Source of the DNA: Paragordius varius
Taxonomy: Eukaryota > Animalia > Nematomorpha
NCBI GenBank assembly: GCA_964247055.1
Contig: OZ176052.1
Span: 11,966,001-12,030,000 of the forward strand
DNA length: 64,000 bases
Reading direction: 5' to 3'
Numbering within the stretch: the first letter of the stretch is position 1; each line of letters begins with the position of its first letter. The notes under the pieces are model-generated. The model saw only the letters and a list, made by a program, of their open reading frames with translations. It did no database searches and was not told the origin of the DNA. Below, piece by piece: positions 59,881-64,000 of the stretch. Position numbers and translations under genes: made by a program.

Positions 59881-61566
59881 GCGGTGTAGAGAACGCAATA
59901 TTGAAAAACAAATCGCCAAGCGGTTACTAAAAAAATATACCGGACTAAATGTGGATTCCCTCTCTGATCTCACTTCAAAACCCAAAAATAAAAGTTACAT
60001 AATATATACAAATATATCATTTTGTAGAAATTGTTTTCCTTTAGGAAACAACTTAATGAATGATAGATAATTCTTGTGATACTTAAACTATTTGAAAATG
60101 ATAATTTAATTTTGAAACTTTCTTAATTTAAGGTAGTTGTTATATGGGGTTAAGGTGAAATATATTATGCCTCTTATACTTTGAATATAATGATATGAAT
60201 GAAAAGTAATAATTATATTCAGGGACATTCGGTGATAATAATCGTTTAAAAATAATTTTTGTTTCCTTTAAAGAACGAAGGCCATCTAAGACTGCTGATG
60301 CCGTTAAACCCAAGAATGGAAGTAAAAAGCAAAGGGAGAAAAACATTTCCTCAAAAGAAGATAAACCTAAATTCTTTGCAACTAGTAGTGAATCTTCTTC
60401 CACCCCCTATCAAAATTGTAAGAAGGGAATGAACAAGCTTCTAACGGTTGAAAGTGAGAGTGATTTTACAGATTCATCTACATTAACACATACCCCACCG
60501 CCACCACTTCCCCCTCGTCAAGGTTCATTAATGAGTAAACCACCCACTTCCGCCACCCCAATTAATACAACACCGCCTTTCCTTCCACCCCGTCAAGGTT
60601 TAATGTTTAGACCGCCGTTGTCTCAGCCGAGATTTAGAGCTCCCGCTTTTTCCCCATCTACTGGTCTTCAAAATCCGCCACCGCCTCCAAGACCGTTGAA
60701 ACCACCAATGCCGCTACCACCAAATTTTGCACAAGGACCGTCCGCATACATTAATAACCCATTTGGGGTTCCCGCTTTTTCTCCATCTACTGGTCTTCAA
60801 AAACCGTCACCGTCCTCAAGACCGTTGAAACCACCAATGCCGCTACCGCCAAACTTTGCACCAAGACCGCCCCCAAACATCAATAACACAAGGTTTGCTC
60901 AAGTCTTACCGCGTAACTCACCCACCCCGAATGCAACTCAAATAAATAACGAGACAAATTGTTGGAATTGTTGCAGTGCAGAACCAACCTCAGTACCGAA
61001 AAATAGAAATAATGGCTTTGTCCCTGCCAAATAAATAGGCATGAGCATGGGAAATATTAAAATAATAATTATCGAAAAACCCATTACCTATTAATCATAA
61101 AAAATATATGTAAACTAATATAATGATTATATTGCTGTGCGCAAATTAATAAATGCAAAATAAAAATAACCAATTAATAAAATTAATATGAATGAGTGTA
61201 ATATATTGACAAAATTAATTATATTACAACACAATTTTAACTTTGAAGATGTGTTAAGCTATTGAATTGCGCTATATGGCAAATAAATTTGACTTAATAT
61301 TAGTTTTAATTTCCTTAAACGACAAATAGTATTATTTCAGATTAAAAATCAAATTTCACCCAGAGATAATTCTAAACATTACTTAAAAAGGTATTGTTTT
61401 AAACTTCATAGAAATAATTGCTGATACAAAAGTTGAGATGTATAAATATTAAATACCAGATGATATTGTAATGGTAAATGACGGATTGATTATGTTTTGT
61501 CGAACTTTCAATCAATTTGCTATTTAAATTTCGATTATCATTATAATACGGATTTTACAACTGTTA

Positions 61567-62822
61567 TTAACACTTCGATTTAAATTGGGGTATCTTAACA
61601 CCCCAGACTAAATTTGAGTTATGATTTTAAAATACTAAAGGAAACGGTCCCAATTTATATGCTTCTATTCTAATAAAAATCATATAAATATGCCAACATA
61701 TCTAAATAAAATTTTGTTTTGAAAAAAAGTTCCATGTCTAACTTTTTCGACGCCATTTTTATTTTACAAAAATTTTGCAAAATATCATCTTCATTTATTT
61801 TAAGGGTAAAATTAAAGCTAATTTTATATTTAAACTACATTCAACATTGTTAGAAATAGAAAGAGCGGTTTACTTTGTATTATTTTTCAATTTTACATAC
61901 ACGTCATGTTAATTAAATTTTTACCTTTCAGTTTTAGCTTAAAATAAGTACAGTATTTTTGAACAAATTTTTTTATATATACCATTTGCACTTCAAGAGT
62001 ATCCTTGAACACTTCAAGTTGGTCCTTGAACATTTCAAGTTGGTCCTTGAACAGTTCAAGTTGCTTGAACAATTTAAGTTGGTTCTTGAACATTTAAAAT
62101 TGGTCCTTGAACACTTCAAGTTGGTTCTTAAAATTTATAAATTTTGATTTAACCATAATATTTGCATTTATTCTTTTATTTTATTATATATTAACCTAAT
62201 TTTCTTTATTTATTATATATTTATTCATTTAAAAATTAAATTCTAACCACTTTTTTGTTTCAAACTATTTTTTTTCAATTGAATATTGCCTTTTAAATGT
62301 TTTTAATGAAAATTTTAATTAATAATCCAGAAAACTTATATATTTTAAATTTCGTGTTAAAATCTTATAAATATTCAAAATTATTTTAAGAAATTAAAAA
62401 GATATACCGTTTTTTAAAGATTAAGAGTTTATATCGATTTAAAATTTATCTTAAATAATATTAAATAAGTTAAAATTAATAAAATAGATAAATTATTTAC
62501 GATTTGATTGATAATAAAAACAAAACAAAGAAGTCAAAGGACCAACTTGAAGTGTTCGACCAACTTGAAATGTTCAAAGACCAACTTGAACTGTTCAAGG
62601 ACCAACTTGAAATGTTCAAGGACCAACTTGAAATGTTCAAGGACACTCTTGAAGTGCAAATGGTATATTTCGGTTTATTAATGTGGTATAAGTGCAAAAT
62701 TTTGCCATGGCTTTGATTTCTTCCATATTTTTACGGAATATAATTTCTAATAGGGCTGGGGTATTTAACTACCCCAAATTGAAAAGAAGGACTAAAATGA
62801 ATGTTTTGTATCCAAGTGTTAA
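61567..62822 (+). mobile_element. piggyBac-type MITE split by a foldback element
   Basis: TTAA termini at 61567 and 62819-62822; colinear with 36998-37570 apart from the insert. Confidence 0.85.
61981..62664. mobile_element. Foldback element with inverted arms built from 21-bp tandem units
   Basis: ACCATTTGCACTTCAAGAG...CTCTTGAAGTGCAAATGGT termini; ~6 and ~5 units of CTTGAACANTTCAAGTTGGTC; absent from the paralogous MITE at ~37410. Confidence 0.85.
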
Positions 62823-63282
62823 ATAGAATCGATGTATAAAAAACTTTTACATTATGATAAAATTAAATTAATATATTAAAATAATACAAAGGAATGTTTT
62901 CATCCAACACCTTTTATTTAAAATTTTAATAAATTTTTTTTTAAAAAATCGCATAGTGCCATTTACATTATAGCGCTTTGGGAGATTATAGGTGAACAAA
63001 ACCCAACTAATTTGAGTTTTATTATTAGGAAAATTTGATTCACACGCATCATACAATCAATAAAAATTTACCATGTATTGAGATTTAATAAAAAATTATG
63101 ACACTCGCCTAAAAGAAACAGATAAATATTAATTATGCCAAATAATATTAATCAATCTGAGAATTTAGTATCCACCCAAATAATTTTTAGAGTGAATTTC
63201 AAAAATTTAAAGGGGAATTTGACATGTTTAAGATTGAATATGATATGTTTGAGGTTAAATTTGAGGTGTATATGGATTACAT

Positions 63283-64000
63283 TAATGTAACCAAATAGGT
63301 TTTTCGCAGTACAGTACTGGGTTTTCAAAAAAAATTGCGTCAGTAGTGCGCCCACTTTTGTACTGCTTTTGAAATTAAAAAATTCAATTTTTTGTAAATA
63401 TATATTAATTTATTTATTAAAAAAATTATTTTAGAATTTAATAAAGTACTCTCAGTAAAATTAACCCCATAATTTGTAAAGAAAAGGTTTATATTGCGGT
63501 AAAAAACTAAGATTCGCCTATTTTTAATTGGTTAATATTTAATTTTCTGCTTGAATTAAAAATAAAACTTAGGATTGTAGCCTTTCGCGCAATGGCGAAA
63601 CTATAATCGGACTCCACACCGTAAGATTCAGGCTAATGTCTCTTTCACTCAGGGCTGCCGCAAAAAGAGGTGCCTCAAAATTTAAAATTTAAATTAATTT
63701 ATGATATTTTAATAAATGTTTGATCAAGTTTAGAAAGTTCATTTTTTGACATAATTATCAAGCGGAAAATTATATATTAAATTGCTATTCCCGTAACATA
63801 TTATATAAAATCTATTATATATGGCATATTTCTAACCTTTTTTTCCGCATTAAAATATCAAGAGTTTTTACGTTTTCTATATTCATTAGGTGAGAGGTAT
63901 GATATACTTAATATTTTTCCTAAACTTTATTTTTTATTAATTTTAATTTTTTAGCATAAAAAAAATTGAGACATTTTGATGAAGCGTAATTCTAACGATT
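63283..64000. mobile_element. Left part of a hAT element (duplicate of 46157), runs off the window
   Basis: GATTACAT|TAATGTAACCAAATAG, same insertion site and sequence as 46157. Confidence 0.85.

Larger units (their letters stand above)
55659..61034 (+). pseudogene. Paralogue of the orphan gene, disrupted by a 1-nt deletion (~57254) and a Chapaev3 insertion in exon 2
   Basis: Exon 1 55659-55976; exon 2 from 56842; CTTAATTTT -> CTAATTTT frameshift; insertion 57362-~59880; exon 2 resumes ~59883; last exon ends 61034. Confidence 0.8.

Noticed and set aside
61893-62716. KDQLEMF heptad ORFs as coiled-coil genes; 21-bp array as CRISPR or heat-shock elements
   Set aside because: The ORFs mirror each other on opposite strands of an inverted repeat. 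The units have no unique spacers, so not CRISPR. GAA-N3-TTC spacing does not match the nGAAnnTTCn HSE.
1-64000. tRNA, rRNA or bacterial contamination / horizontally acquired operon
   Set aside because: No cloverleaf or rRNA-like tract seen; all host genes have spliceosomal introns, and the two TGG-initial tRNA-complementary motifs are LTR primer-binding sites.

Overview
AT-rich, transposon-dense eukaryotic (invertebrate animal) DNA; the species cannot be determined from the sequence. I saw no rRNA, tRNA, CRISPR or prokaryotic operon features. Host genes reconstructed by hand from GT-AG splicing: the 3' part of CHERP (2964-4840, +); an 881-aa collagen with a cuticle-collagen-like N-terminus and a short-chain-collagen-C4-type C-domain (5152-8276, +); ABHD12 (16558-20877, +); a delta-9 acyl-CoA desaturase with a ~214-aa extra tail (24748-21719, -); and a 532-aa orphan gene (33733-36465) with a tandem-duplicated, disrupted paralogue (55659-61034). 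The rest is nested mobile DNA: RTE non-LTR elements, two Gypsy LTR elements, and hAT/Buster, Chapaev3, PIF/Harbinger, mariner, piggyBac-type MITE, Helitron and foldback elements. Three main signals. (1) A micro-intron system: 15 of 28 host introns are 22-31 nt, and four more 22-24 nt introns sit inside a Chapaev3 transposase gene. (2) A fully paired HDV-like self-cleaving ribozyme fold (2375-2299, -) at the 5' end of an RTE whose ORF is uninterrupted for 720 codons and is absent from the ORF track. (3) An orphan gene pair with patches of purely non-synonymous divergence. All counts and identities were made by eye; family assignments come from recalled motifs, not database searches.
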